The notes below the pieces were generated by a model. It was not told the origin of the DNA and did not search any database. It worked only from the letters and a program-made list of their open reading frames with translations. A stretch of 64,000 nt of DNA, from positions 92,565-156,564 of the forward strand of contig JAHILH010000001.1 in the NCBI GenBank assembly GCA_018897195.1. The letters are read 5' to 3'. The position numbers and the translations under genes are program-made. Numbering within the stretch: the first letter of the stretch is position 1; each line of letters begins with the position of its first letter. Shown piece after piece: positions 1 to 8,908 of the stretch. Source of the DNA: Patescibacteria group bacterium (GTDB taxonomy: Bacteria; Patescibacteriota; Patescibacteriia; Patescibacteriales; UBA12075).

Positions 1-1
1 G

Positions 2-598
2 GTTTTTGACAAAAGTTATAATTTTGAGAACTTCGTAAGAGTTGATGAGTTTGTCAATGGCGGGGTGATTCTTCTCGGCAATGAAAAAAAAGACAACAGA
101 TACATTTTTGTTAATGAGAATCTTTATTTATTGAGTGATGCTATAAAAAAAACTAATTATCCGAAGAGTATTGGTTATGAATCAGTGAATCAAGTTAAAA
201 AGTTGATTTATATAAAATCCGCAACACAGCCATTTTTTATCACCATGAATGAGGGTTATCATGCGCAATGGCAGATGGAGGCGAATGATAAGAATGTGCA
301 TGGTTTTTGGGGGCAGTGGTCGCCATTCGTTAGACCAAATAAGGTGGAAAATAAATATCATTATAAGTTAGACGGATTTTTAAATACATGGTATGTAGAT
401 GTGCCGAATTTTTGTCGCGACAACAGTGCTTGTGTTAAAAATAATAATGGTTCGTATGATATAAATATAGTTGTTGAATTTTGGCCACAGCGTTGGTTTT
501 ATTTTGGTTTGCTGATAAGTAGCTTGGTTGTGCTTGGCAGCGTTGTTTATTTAATTTACGATTTATTAAAAATAAAATGGAGAAGGACATTGAGATAA
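2..598 (+). CDS. C-terminal part of a larger envelope protein (5' end lies outside window), C-terminal TM anchor
   Basis: Reading frame is open from base 2 to TAA 596-598; track ORF 65..598 is only the portion after the first Met. Hydrophobic tail FYFGLLISSLVVLGSVVYLIY. Confidence 0.5.
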   Translation, partial: VFDKSYNFENFVRVDEFVNGGVILLGNEKKDNRYIFVNENLYLLSDAIKKTNYPKSIGYESVNQVKKLIYIKSATQPFFITMNEGYHAQWQMEANDKNVHGFWGQWSPFVRPNKVENKYHYKLDGFLNTWYVDVPNFCRDNSACVKNNNGSYDINIVVEFWPQRWFYFGLLISSLVVLGSVVYLIYDLLKIKWRRTLR

Positions 599-1005
599 TT
601 ATTAAAATACCAGATTTCCGGCATTTATTAAGAATGCTGTCTTTCTATTTTCGTAAAGCTTCCATGTTAATCGTGACAGATTTTATTAATAGGAAATGGC
701 GCGGTTTGTTTGTGTTGTTGATTTCGATTGTAATTTATTTTTTTGGTGGATTGTCAGTGGCTTTGATGTGGTTATTGTTTTTATTGTTTTTGGTTTATCA
801 GTGGGATAATCGAGCTATCGCTTTTGTGGCTATAATATTGCTGGCCGCTTGTCCGTTTTTAATTTATTTCAAAAAAAATGATTGGGCGGAGCTGGTAGCA
901 ATTTATGCTTATTATTTTTTGGTAATAATGGTTGTTTTGCAAATTGTGGAATATAAACTTGAACAAAGGCGCGCAAATATGTTAAAAAAAATTTGGTTTA
1001 AATAA
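577..1005 (+). CDS. small polytopic membrane protein, unknown function
   Basis: 142-aa ORF with 3-4 hydrophobic helices; tightly packed between neighbours (overlaps upstream gene by 22 nt). Confidence 0.45.
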   Translation: MEKDIEIIIKIPDFRHLLRMLSFYFRKASMLIVTDFINRKWRGLFVLLISIVIYFFGGLSVALMWLLFLLFLVYQWDNRAIAFVAIILLAACPFLIYFKKNDWAELVAIYAYYFLVIMVVLQIVEYKLEQRRANMLKKIWFK

Positions 1006-1006
1006 T

Positions 1007-2680
1007 ATGAAATTATTACAAAAAATCGATAAAAATATTTTCATTTTTCTAGGACTAGCAATCCTGATTTTATGGCAGATGCTTTTGCCTGGCTATATTT
1101 TAACTTTGGACATGATCTTTGCGCCGAAAATAAAATTGTTGATTACTGATGGGGCTTTTTATAATACTTATCCAGTGAGATATTTATTGCATCTTTTGAA
1201 TTTTGTTTTTACAGGCTGGATTATTCAAAAGATAATTTTACTAACTTTATTTTTCGTTATCGGCTACATATCCTTGTTATTTATTTCTGTTCCAAGGAAG
1301 CACTACGCCAATTATTGGGCAGCACTTTTTTACACGCTTAATCCTTTTGTCTATGAGCGCTTTTTGGCGGGGCATTGGACACATCTTTTTGCCTACGCCT
1401 TTTTGCCGCCACTAACTTTTTATCTTGTGCAATTTTACAATAATCCAGAATGGCGTTCTGGGGCTTGGTTGTTTGCTTGGTTGTTTGCAATCGGTTTATT
1501 CTCAACGCATTTTGTGATCATGGCTGGCTTGCTTGTTTGTGTTACAATCTTGATAAAATTAATCAGCTACTCACGGAGTAATAAAAATAAATTTATTAGT
1601 TTGTTAAAAATCTCAGCCATCTCCGGTGTGTCTTTTTTGATTGCGAGTGCTTATTGGCTGGTGCCTTATCTTTTGCACCGCGGGCAATCGGTTGTGAATA
1701 CTTTTTCCGGAGCCAATTGGGAGGCATTCAAGACGGCTGGTGATGTGTATCTAGGAACGAGCTTGAATGTTTTGGCGTTGTATGGTTTTTGGGGGGAGCG
1801 TGAGAATTGGGCGGGGTATTGGTTGTGGCCGAAAGATCATTTTCTTTTTTGGTTGACTGTGGCGATGGTGTTGGCAATCTTTTTGTTGATTGGCGTACGG
1901 GCGAGCTTGAAAAATAAAGAGGCGAGAGGGTTGGGGATTTTTTATTTGCTCTTGGCGCTGGTAGCTTTTATTTTTTCAGTCGGCATCGGTGATACGATTT
2001 TTAAAAATCTTAATCTCTGGCTTTTTGAGCATATTGGTTTTTGGCGCGGTTTTCGGGACACGCAAAAATTTAGCGCTTGGTTGGTTTTGGCTTATGCCTA
2101 TTTTGGTGGTTTTGCCTTAGTGGCGATTATGGATTATTGGCAGGAAAAGAAAAATAAATTCAGCGAACAAATCTTGTGGGCAATTTTCTTATTGCCAATT
2201 TTATATACCTATCCCATGGTTGGTGGTTTTGCGCGGCAATTGCAACCGGTTGACTATCCGCAAAGCTGGTATGAGGTGAATGAAATCTTGAATCAAGATA
2301 AGAGTGAGTTTAAAGTTTTGTATTTGCCTTGGCATCAATATTTATCCCTGGATTTCAATAATAATTTGATTACGGCCAATCCAGCCAGGGCTTTTTTTGA
2401 TAAAGAGGTGCTTCAGGGAGAGAATATGGAGATTGGTGGCATTTTCAGTCAGACTAATAATCTAGAAAATGCCGAGATTGAGAAAATATTACTAAACACT
2501 GAGATTAACCCCGATCAAGCAGTGCAACAATTATTTGACAGGGGGGTAAAATACCTGTTAATAAGCGATGAATTATTGGCTAATGATTATTTAGAATACA
2601 AAATCCTCGATTCGTCAAATTTTATAGTCATCTATAGACAAAACCACTTGACATTTTTAAAATTAGCGCCTAAGATTTAA
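1007..2680 (+). CDS. large polytopic membrane protein, GT-C-like glycosyltransferase candidate
   Basis: 557 aa, about 12 predicted TM helices then a soluble C-terminal domain; sits in an envelope glycosylation neighbourhood. Family not identified by motif. Confidence 0.4.
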   Translation: MKLLQKIDKNIFIFLGLAILILWQMLLPGYILTLDMIFAPKIKLLITDGAFYNTYPVRYLLHLLNFVFTGWIIQKIILLTLFFVIGYISLLFISVPRKHYANYWAALFYTLNPFVYERFLAGHWTHLFAYAFLPPLTFYLVQFYNNPEWRSGAWLFAWLFAIGLFSTHFVIMAGLLVCVTILIKLISYSRSNKNKFISLLKISAISGVSFLIASAYWLVPYLLHRGQSVVNTFSGANWEAFKTAGDVYLGTSLNVLALYGFWGERENWAGYWLWPKDHFLFWLTVAMVLAIFLLIGVRASLKNKEARGLGIFYLLLALVAFIFSVGIGDTIFKNLNLWLFEHIGFWRGFRDTQKFSAWLVLAYAYFGGFALVAIMDYWQEKKNKFSEQILWAIFLLPILYTYPMVGGFARQLQPVDYPQSWYEVNEILNQDKSEFKVLYLPWHQYLSLDFNNNLITANPARAFFDKEVLQGENMEIGGIFSQTNNLENAEIEKILLNTEINPDQAVQQLFDRGVKYLLISDELLANDYLEYKILDSSNFIVIYRQNHLTFLKLAPKI

Positions 2681-2751
2681 TGACTTCAAATAATACCTTA
2701 ATTTATCACTATTAAGATATTAATAATTTGTTTAATAATAAAGTAAAATAT

Positions 2752-3639
2752 ATGAAAAAGCAGACAATGCGATGGGCAATTTTTATTTCAGCGATCATTA
2801 TGATTTCCGGTTTTTTTGGCACCGGTAGATATTACGGCATCAAGATCGCTTTTGGTTATGGCGGTGGTGGTTATTTTGCACCAGCACCTACTCCATACAT
2901 TCCACCGGCAGTTTTGTCATTGTTGGGCATCAGTACTCCTGAGCAAGTTTTTACCCCTAGTGGCAATGCAATCATTTCCAATACTTTTGGTCATGGTGAA
3001 AAAGTTACCATTAATGCTCCTCAAAGTGTGGCAAATAACAATATTTCATTTAGATTACAAATGAGCACAGTAAGTGTCGGTAGAATTATCGGCGGTATCA
3101 ACGGTTCCTTTGTGCTTGGCAATAGTGTTTTCAATCTGACAGCTCGCGACGCTGACAACCGAATGGTTACCAATTTTGGAGACAATATCACGGTGACAAT
3201 TGCAATGCCGAATTTGCCAAACGATGTTTCCGGTTTAGGTGTATATTGGTTCAATGCCGCTAATCAACAATGGACATTGGTGCCAGGGGCAAAATTTGAC
3301 CCAGCAACTGATTCGGTTACTTTCCAAACTAATCATTTTACCACTTTTGCCATTATCAAAAACATGAACAATAAGGTAGCACCAGCCATTGCTAAGACGC
3401 AACCAGTGCCTGTGGTAAAAAATATTCCAAAAGTAACTACAAAAAAGACGGTTACTAAGGCTACAAAAGTTGTTGTTAAAAAGAAATACGAAGACGGCGC
3501 TTTGTTAAGTTTGGATAATAGAGAATTGTATATGGTGATGGGCGGAAAATTAGTTAAGGTTAATAACAACGAAAATCTAAGAGGGTACGTGTATGGTGAT
3601 ATCCTTAATGTAACCGCCAACGACTTGAAAGCATTTTAA
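2752..3639 (+). CDS. secreted protein with Gly/Pro-rich linker and Lys-rich region
   Basis: Track ORF starts at TTG 2728; ATG 2752 gives signal-like MKKQTMRWAIFISAIIMISGFFG. No recognised catalytic motif. Confidence 0.5.
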   Translation: MKKQTMRWAIFISAIIMISGFFGTGRYYGIKIAFGYGGGGYFAPAPTPYIPPAVLSLLGISTPEQVFTPSGNAIISNTFGHGEKVTINAPQSVANNNISFRLQMSTVSVGRIIGGINGSFVLGNSVFNLTARDADNRMVTNFGDNITVTIAMPNLPNDVSGLGVYWFNAANQQWTLVPGAKFDPATDSVTFQTNHFTTFAIIKNMNNKVAPAIAKTQPVPVVKNIPKVTTKKTVTKATKVVVKKKYEDGALLSLDNRELYMVMGGKLVKVNNNENLRGYVYGDILNVTANDLKAF

Positions 3640-3681
3640 AATAATTTATTAAAATATATAAATATTAAGCAAGCAAAAAAT

Positions 3682-4983
3682 ATGAAAAAGATAACAAAAT
3701 ACGCAATTTTATCAGCTTCAATATTTGTAATATCTGTTGTGTATATTGCATTTAGAGCTGAAGGGCAAATTAAACCTTATTATTCCGGCGACGCCGTTTA
3801 TGCTAATGGAAAAGTTATTTTCGGTTCTATGAACAATGATGGTGTATTGGAATTATTCTCATTTAGCAATAATGCTATTCAAAGAGGAGCAGTGATTAAA
3901 TCAAGTGCAGCTCTTTTGCCACGTTCAGCGACAAAGAGAATTTATGATTTCGCCTTAACTAATGAGGGCGGTAAAGCTTTTGTTTATACAGCTGAAGGAA
4001 AAAAGATGAGTAAATATGATATTTCTAATATCAATGTGCCGGTATTTGTTAAACAGGTGGTGGAGAATAATGGTGATTGGTATATTGGTATCAAGAAATA
4101 TGATGGCAGATTGATGACTGTTGGCACTAAAGAAACAAAGTTGTGGAATTATAACTTGCAAAACATTGATGGTTTCAAGGTTTTAAATACTCGTTCATAC
4201 AATGTGGGTATTAGCAATGAAGGTGATTATATTTTCAACATCGGTACTACCTCAGTAAGTATTTTTGATACCGTAGTTCGTAATTACGCTTCTAAATTAA
4301 ATTTAAAAATTACTGATAATCATTTTCGAAAATCATACTTTGATGATAAGTTAAATAAATTATTTGTGGCTGATGATGAAAAATTGGTTCAGGTTGCAAC
4401 TAACGGAACTGTAACTGATACCTACAAGCATATTTCTAACAGTGGTTACGATGTTGATGCTGTTCAAAACAGCGCCCATGTATACATGACTGACGGTTTA
4501 GGTGTAATCAAATTGAACAAATCAAATTTAGATCAAGTGAAATGGGCATACACAACGAATGCAAATGGCAAGAAAGGCGGTTGGGCAATGGGCTTGAACG
4601 TGGTAGCAACCGACAAAGGTGAAAAATTAGTTGTTTTCAATAATAGCAATATCATCGTCATGGATAGTAATTTAAAAGTTTTGGGCTCAGTTGACGCGAT
4701 TGAAGAATCTGATGTAGCCTTTATTGAGGAACCATTATTAATACGATTGGATAAAACTGATGCATTGGTAAATATGCCAGTATTGGTAAGCGGAACCGGC
4801 TTTGCTTATAATGAGGAGATTACGGTAACTATTTTGGGTAAATCTTTCTTAACTAATGCAGATAGCAATGGTCGTTTTAAGACCAATATCACCGTTCCGG
4901 GATCTTTGCCAAAAAGAGCTGATATTAAGGCAACTGGCAAGGCTTCAAAATTAACTTATAGCACCTCGATTAACATTCGATAA
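3682..4983 (+). CDS. secreted repeat (beta-propeller-like) protein with C-terminal Ig-like domain
   Basis: N-terminal signal/TM (KYAILSASIFVISVVYIAF) and a 433-aa beta-rich sequence; function unknown. Confidence 0.45.
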   Translation: MKKITKYAILSASIFVISVVYIAFRAEGQIKPYYSGDAVYANGKVIFGSMNNDGVLELFSFSNNAIQRGAVIKSSAALLPRSATKRIYDFALTNEGGKAFVYTAEGKKMSKYDISNINVPVFVKQVVENNGDWYIGIKKYDGRLMTVGTKETKLWNYNLQNIDGFKVLNTRSYNVGISNEGDYIFNIGTTSVSIFDTVVRNYASKLNLKITDNHFRKSYFDDKLNKLFVADDEKLVQVATNGTVTDTYKHISNSGYDVDAVQNSAHVYMTDGLGVIKLNKSNLDQVKWAYTTNANGKKGGWAMGLNVVATDKGEKLVVFNNSNIIVMDSNLKVLGSVDAIEESDVAFIEEPLLIRLDKTDALVNMPVLVSGTGFAYNEEITVTILGKSFLTNADSNGRFKTNITVPGSLPKRADIKATGKASKLTYSTSINIR

Positions 4984-5019
4984 TAACTCTTAACATATTT
5001 TTGTTAATAGGCCTAATAT

Positions 5020-6123
5020 ATGAGGATAATATTTATTGGTCAAAAAGGAATACCAGCTACCTATGGTGGCGTTGAAAAACATGTTGAAGATTTAGCAACA
5101 CGCTTGGTTCGCGACGGCCATGAGGTGACTGTCTATACTCGAAAAAAGTACACTTCAGATAAATTAAAAAGCTACAAAGGTGTAGAACTAATTAGCCTTC
5201 CAAGTATTGCGACTAAGCACTTGGATGCGATTAGCCACACCTTTTTGGCTTGTTTGGATGTTATTTTTCGTCAAAAGGCTGATGTTGTTCATTTTCATTC
5301 TATCGGACCATCTTTGCTGACTTGGATGATTAAAGTTTTTAAACCGCGCACTCGATTGGTGGCGACTTTCCATTCCCAATGTTATAATCATCAAAAATGG
5401 GGTTCCCTGGCTAAGTTTTTCTTACACATGGGCGAGTGGATGATTTGTACTGTGCCGGACAAGACCATAACAGTTTCAAGGAGTTTGACCAGCTATGCAG
5501 CAGAAAAATACGGTAAAACAACTACTTATATTCCTAACGGTGTAGAGGTAATGGCTCAGAAAGAGGCTGATCTGATTAAGAAATGGGGACTGGAAAGTGG
5601 TAATTATATCGTCACAATTTCCCGTTTGGTTCGACATAAGGGTATCCAATATTTAATAGATGCCTATAAACAAATTGATACAAAGAAGAAATTGGTAATT
5701 GTTGGTGATGGTGCTTTTACTGATGATTATGTTCATGAATTAAAGGACTTGGCAGGAAATAACCCGAATATTATTTTTACCGGTAATCAATCTGGTGAAA
5801 TTTTGCAGGAATTATTTTCTAATGCATTTCTTTTTGTGCAACCATCTGAGTCAGAAGGTTTATCAATTGCCTTGCTCGAGGCGATGTCATATGGACGACC
5901 GGTATTGGTTAGTGATATACTAGAGAATGTTGAGATTGTTAATAGTGTCGGATTTGTTTTTGCCAATAAAAAAGTTGATGATCTGACCTTGAAATTACGA
6001 GCCGTTTTATTGATGGATGAAGCTGTTTTGCAAGAAAATGCTTTGAAGTTAAAATCAATAGTGGCAAATAATTATAATTGGGGCAATATCGTAAGGGAGA
6101 TTGAAGTGTTATATAAAAAATAA
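5020..6123 (+). CDS. glycosyltransferase family 4 (GT-B, RfaB-like)
   Basis: N-terminal GGVEKHVEDL and C-terminal motif PSESEGLSIALLEAMSYGRPVLVSD, typical of GT4. Confidence 0.8.
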   Translation: MRIIFIGQKGIPATYGGVEKHVEDLATRLVRDGHEVTVYTRKKYTSDKLKSYKGVELISLPSIATKHLDAISHTFLACLDVIFRQKADVVHFHSIGPSLLTWMIKVFKPRTRLVATFHSQCYNHQKWGSLAKFFLHMGEWMICTVPDKTITVSRSLTSYAAEKYGKTTTYIPNGVEVMAQKEADLIKKWGLESGNYIVTISRLVRHKGIQYLIDAYKQIDTKKKLVIVGDGAFTDDYVHELKDLAGNNPNIIFTGNQSGEILQELFSNAFLFVQPSESEGLSIALLEAMSYGRPVLVSDILENVEIVNSVGFVFANKKVDDLTLKLRAVLLMDEAVLQENALKLKSIVANNYNWGNIVREIEVLYKK

Positions 6124-6126
6124 AAA

Positions 6127-6483
6127 ATGCATTTAATAATCAATACTGCTGAAAATAATAAAATCTCGCTTTCTCTCAAAGATGGCGAGATTTTTATTGA
6201 TAAAATGGCGGTTGAGTCTAAATTTACACAGGCGGAAAAATTATTGCCTTTAATTGATGAATTATTGCTTAAAAATCATAAGAAATTATCAGGTATTAAT
6301 AAAATAAGCGTGGCTAACAGGGGTGAGGGATTTACTTCTTTGCGCATCGGCGTGGTGACAGCAAATGCGCTTGGCTATGCCTTGGGCGTGCCAGTTTTTT
6401 CTATTAGTGATGAGAAGACAGAAACGAATAATGAATTTGATGTAATTAAGCCCGCCTATAGTCGGGAGCCAAATATAACCTAA
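6127..6483 (+). CDS. tsaB: truncated TsaB/YeaZ-like protein (t6A biosynthesis partner), N-terminal half only
   Basis: 118 aa; ...ISVANRGEGFTSLRIGVVTANALGYALGVPVF resembles the TsaB N-terminal ASKHA segment; full-length TsaB is about 230 aa. Confidence 0.5.
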   Translation: MHLIINTAENNKISLSLKDGEIFIDKMAVESKFTQAEKLLPLIDELLLKNHKKLSGINKISVANRGEGFTSLRIGVVTANALGYALGVPVFSISDEKTETNNEFDVIKPAYSREPNIT

Positions 6484-6540
6484 GTTTTAGGGTGTTGTGG
6501 ATTAAATGTTGATAACAGGGTATAACTATTTTTTGCTCAA

Positions 6541-6573
6541 AAGGCCAACTTGTTAACAGTTGGCCTTTTTTTA
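6541..6573 (+). terminator. intrinsic terminator after tsaB-like gene
   Basis: AAGGCCAACT / AGTTGGCCTT 10-bp stem, 7-nt loop, then a T-run. Confidence 0.8.
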
Positions 6574-6619
6574 TTTGTCTTTCGCTAGCTTTAAGTAAAT
6601 AATTAGTGGGGCATGATGA

Positions 6620-6648
6620 TTGACTTTTGGTGATTTGTGGTGTATACT
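6620..6648 (+). promoter_or_regulatory. sigma70-type promoter of the mraZ/dcw transcript
   Basis: TTGACT (6620-6625), 17-nt spacer, extended -10 TGtTATACT (6641-6648). Confidence 0.6.
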
Positions 6649-6684
6649 TAAATCATAAAGGTGAGAAGTGGTGAATTGAGGTGA
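6629..6684 (+). promoter_or_regulatory. phased GGTG(A/T) direct repeats, candidate MraZ operator
   Basis: GGTGA at 6629, GGTGT at 6639, GGTGA at 6660, 6670 and 6680; 10-bp periodicity overlapping and just downstream of the promoter. Confidence 0.5.
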
Positions 6685-6791
6685 ATGGTAAAAAAGGAAA
6701 AATAATCCGCTACGGCGGGTGAAGATAAATAAAGTCCCATCATTTTAAAACATGGGCCAAGTCGGTCAGGGCTTATAAAATAAACTGACTC

Positions 6792-6867
6792 AAAACAAAA
6801 GTTAAGGCGAAGAAGGGGACCAAGCTTACCGCCACACGGTAAGATTAGTCTTCTCCTGTGTCTAAAT
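6792..6867 (+). promoter_or_regulatory. structured leader RNA motif, copy 1
   Basis: 27-nt block AAAACAAAAGTTAAGGCGAAGAAGGGG, hairpin CTTACCG-CCACA-CGGTAAG, then CTTCTCCTGTGTCTAAAT. Same flanks as copy 2 with a different hairpin. Confidence 0.45.
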
Positions 6868-7034
6868 CTAGATCAGGGATTAAAATTACCATGCTTGTCG
6901 TGTGCGTAACTTTATAAAAAACAAAAAACAAAAATAAACATCAAAAAGTCCGCCTACACCAAGGAGATGGCGAACTATCGTAAAATAAAAACAAAAACAA
7001 AAATCAAATAGCTTAGATTCATAACCTAGGTTAA

Positions 7035-7101
7035 AAAACAAAAGTTAAGGCGAAGAAGGGGTTTGAAAAAAGACTTTTTCAAACTTCTCCTGGGTCTAAA
7101 T
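7035..7101 (+). promoter_or_regulatory. structured leader RNA motif, copy 2 (ends 20 nt before mraZ ATG)
   Basis: Identical 27-nt 5' block, hairpin TTTGAAAAA-AGAC-TTTTTCAAA, then CTTCTCCTGGGTCTAAAT. Confidence 0.45.
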
Positions 7102-7121
7102 GAGGAATTAATTTTACGCGA

Positions 7122-7553
7122 ATGTTTATTGGAGAATACAAACACAATTTGGATAGCAAGGGAAGAATGGCTATTCCGGCTAAATTTCGACAGATATTGG
7201 AAAGCGGAGCAGTTGTGACCAGGGGCCTGGACAATTGTCTTTTTTTGTATTCTAAGGATTCATGGGAAAAAATAGCGAAAAAGTTAGCTGATTTGCCAGT
7301 TAGTCAGGCCAAGGCTAGAGCTTTTTCTCGGCTAATGTTAGCTGGTGCAATGGATGTTGATTTTGATAATCAGGGACGAATTACTTTACCGGAATATTTA
7401 AGAAGTTTTGCTAATTTAGATAAAAAAACTATCATTGCCGGTCTTTATGACCGTTTGGAAATTTGGGATGAAGAGCAATGGAATAAATACAAAACTGGAG
7501 CTGAGTCTGAAAGTACGGAAATTGCTGAGGCAATGGGAGAATTAGGAGTCTAA
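7122..7553 (+). CDS. mraZ: transcriptional regulator MraZ
   Basis: MFIGEYKHNLDSKGRMAIPAKFR... and a second DxxGR repeat (DNQGRITLPEYLR); 143 aa; first gene of dcw cluster. Confidence 0.92.
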   Translation: MFIGEYKHNLDSKGRMAIPAKFRQILESGAVVTRGLDNCLFLYSKDSWEKIAKKLADLPVSQAKARAFSRLMLAGAMDVDFDNQGRITLPEYLRSFANLDKKTIIAGLYDRLEIWDEEQWNKYKTGAESESTEIAEAMGELGV

Positions 7554-7625
7554 AACTTAAAAACAAAAAATAAAAATAAAAATTACAAACATGATTCATT
7601 GATTTATGTTTGGATGACAAATTAA

Positions 7626-7763
7626 ATGACAATTAGAATTAAGTGCAACCCCCATGCTGCTAATTCTGAACAATTGAGAGTGCGCGTTATCAAAGCCCCA
7701 TTAGTAGATAACAAAGATCTACACATGGTTATCTTTGAAAGAGCTCGTGCCCTTGTATTGTAA
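7626..7763 (+). CDS. possible 45-aa small ORF (MTIRIKCNPHAANSEQLRVRVIKAPLVDNKDLHMVIFERARALVL)
   Basis: ATG 7626 to TAA 7761-7763, followed directly by an intrinsic terminator. Weak RBS and no homology recognised; could be a non-coding RNA instead. Confidence 0.2.
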   Translation: MTIRIKCNPHAANSEQLRVRVIKAPLVDNKDLHMVIFERARALVL

Positions 7764-7765
7764 TT

Positions 7766-7801
7766 AAAACGCATTGTATCTCAGATACTTTGCGTTTTTT
7801 T
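7766..7801 (+). terminator. intrinsic terminator between mraZ and rsmH
   Basis: ACGCA..GTATC-tca-GATAC..TGCGT interrupted stem followed by T7. Confidence 0.7.
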
Positions 7802-7845
7802 ACTTAGAACTTTGGATAATTTGTAAATATTGTTTAGTGGGAATG

Positions 7846-7889
7846 GCTACAACCTCACCCCGACCCTCTCCTGTCCAGGAGAGGGAGAG
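7846..7889 (+). repeat. GC-rich palindromic repeat, family 2, copy A
   Basis: GCTACAACCTCACCCCGACCCTCTCCTGTCCAGGAGAGGGAGAG; internal 10-bp hairpin CCCTCTCCTG/CAGGAGAGGG; inverted copy at 18144-18186. Confidence 0.8.
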
Positions 7890-7920
7890 TATAGAATTAT
7901 TTATTGTCTGTATTAATTGA

Positions 7921-8880
7921 ATGGAATATAAACACATACCAGTAATGCTTGAGGAGGCTATCGAGAATCTTAATATAAAATTAGGCGGTTTTTATGTGGA
8001 CTGCACCTTGGGCGGCGCCGGTTATACAACGAGAATTGCTTCATTGGTGGGCAGCAAGGGACGAGTGCTAGCAACTGATTTAGATAGTTTGGCTATTAAG
8101 AATGCTGAAGCTAGGCTAAAAAAGGAAAAATTAAAAAATGTTATTATCGTGAAAGATAATTTTAGAAATTTAGCAAAAATTTTGGATGAAAATACCGAAT
8201 TTAAAAACAAAAAAATTGATGGAATTGTATTCGATTTGGGTTTGTCTAGTGCTCAACTCGACGACCGGAATCGGGGAATTTCTTTCAAATATGATACGCC
8301 GCTAGATATGGCGTTTGAGACGACTGATGATGGCGAGATGAATAAACGGACGAGTCGGATTGTGAATAAATGGCGTATTGAACATATTGAAAAAATTTTA
8401 AAAGACTACGGTGAAGAGCCATTTGCAAGACGGATTGCGAAGTTGATAACAATGGCACGAAGAAAAAAACCAATTGAAACTACCGGACAATTAGTGGAGA
8501 TAATAAAAAAAGCGATTCCGCCAAAATTACAGAATGCCAAAATTCACTTTGCGACGCGAACATTTCAAGCTTTGCGGATTGCCACGAATGAAGAATTGGA
8601 AAGTTTGACCGAAGTTTTGCCGCAAGCGATTGAGGCCCTAGCTGAAGGTGGACGTTGCGTGGTGATTTCATACCACAGTTTAGAGGACCGAATTGTAAAG
8701 GACTATTTTAAGCAAGAAAGTCAGGATTGTATCTGTGATTCAAAGCAAATGATGTGCAGTTGTAATCATGAGAAAAAAATAAAAATTATCAACAAAAAAG
8801 TGATACCACCAACTGAGGCCGAGATTAAAAATAATCCGAGAGCTAGGAGTGCAAAAATGCGGGTCATTGAGAAAATATAA
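7921..8880 (+). CDS. rsmH: 16S rRNA m4C1402 methyltransferase RsmH
   Basis: HIPVMLEE, DCTLGGAGYT, DLGLSSAQLD, RGISF motifs; position after mraZ. Confidence 0.92.
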   Translation: MEYKHIPVMLEEAIENLNIKLGGFYVDCTLGGAGYTTRIASLVGSKGRVLATDLDSLAIKNAEARLKKEKLKNVIIVKDNFRNLAKILDENTEFKNKKIDGIVFDLGLSSAQLDDRNRGISFKYDTPLDMAFETTDDGEMNKRTSRIVNKWRIEHIEKILKDYGEEPFARRIAKLITMARRKKPIETTGQLVEIIKKAIPPKLQNAKIHFATRTFQALRIATNEELESLTEVLPQAIEALAEGGRCVVISYHSLEDRIVKDYFKQESQDCICDSKQMMCSCNHEKKIKIINKKVIPPTEAEIKNNPRARSAKMRVIEKI

Positions 8881-8908
8881 AAAAAATAAAAATTTAAAAA
8901 TAAAAAAA

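Noticed and set aside
6690-6900. RNase P RNA-like strings (AAAGTCCC, GGCTTATAAAA, CGGTCAG, TACCGCC) in the mraZ leader
   Set aside because: The order and spacing do not match the P4/P15 core of bacterial RNase P RNA, the region is too short, and it lacks the conserved GAGGAAAGUCC...ACAGAA context. The resemblance is coincidental.
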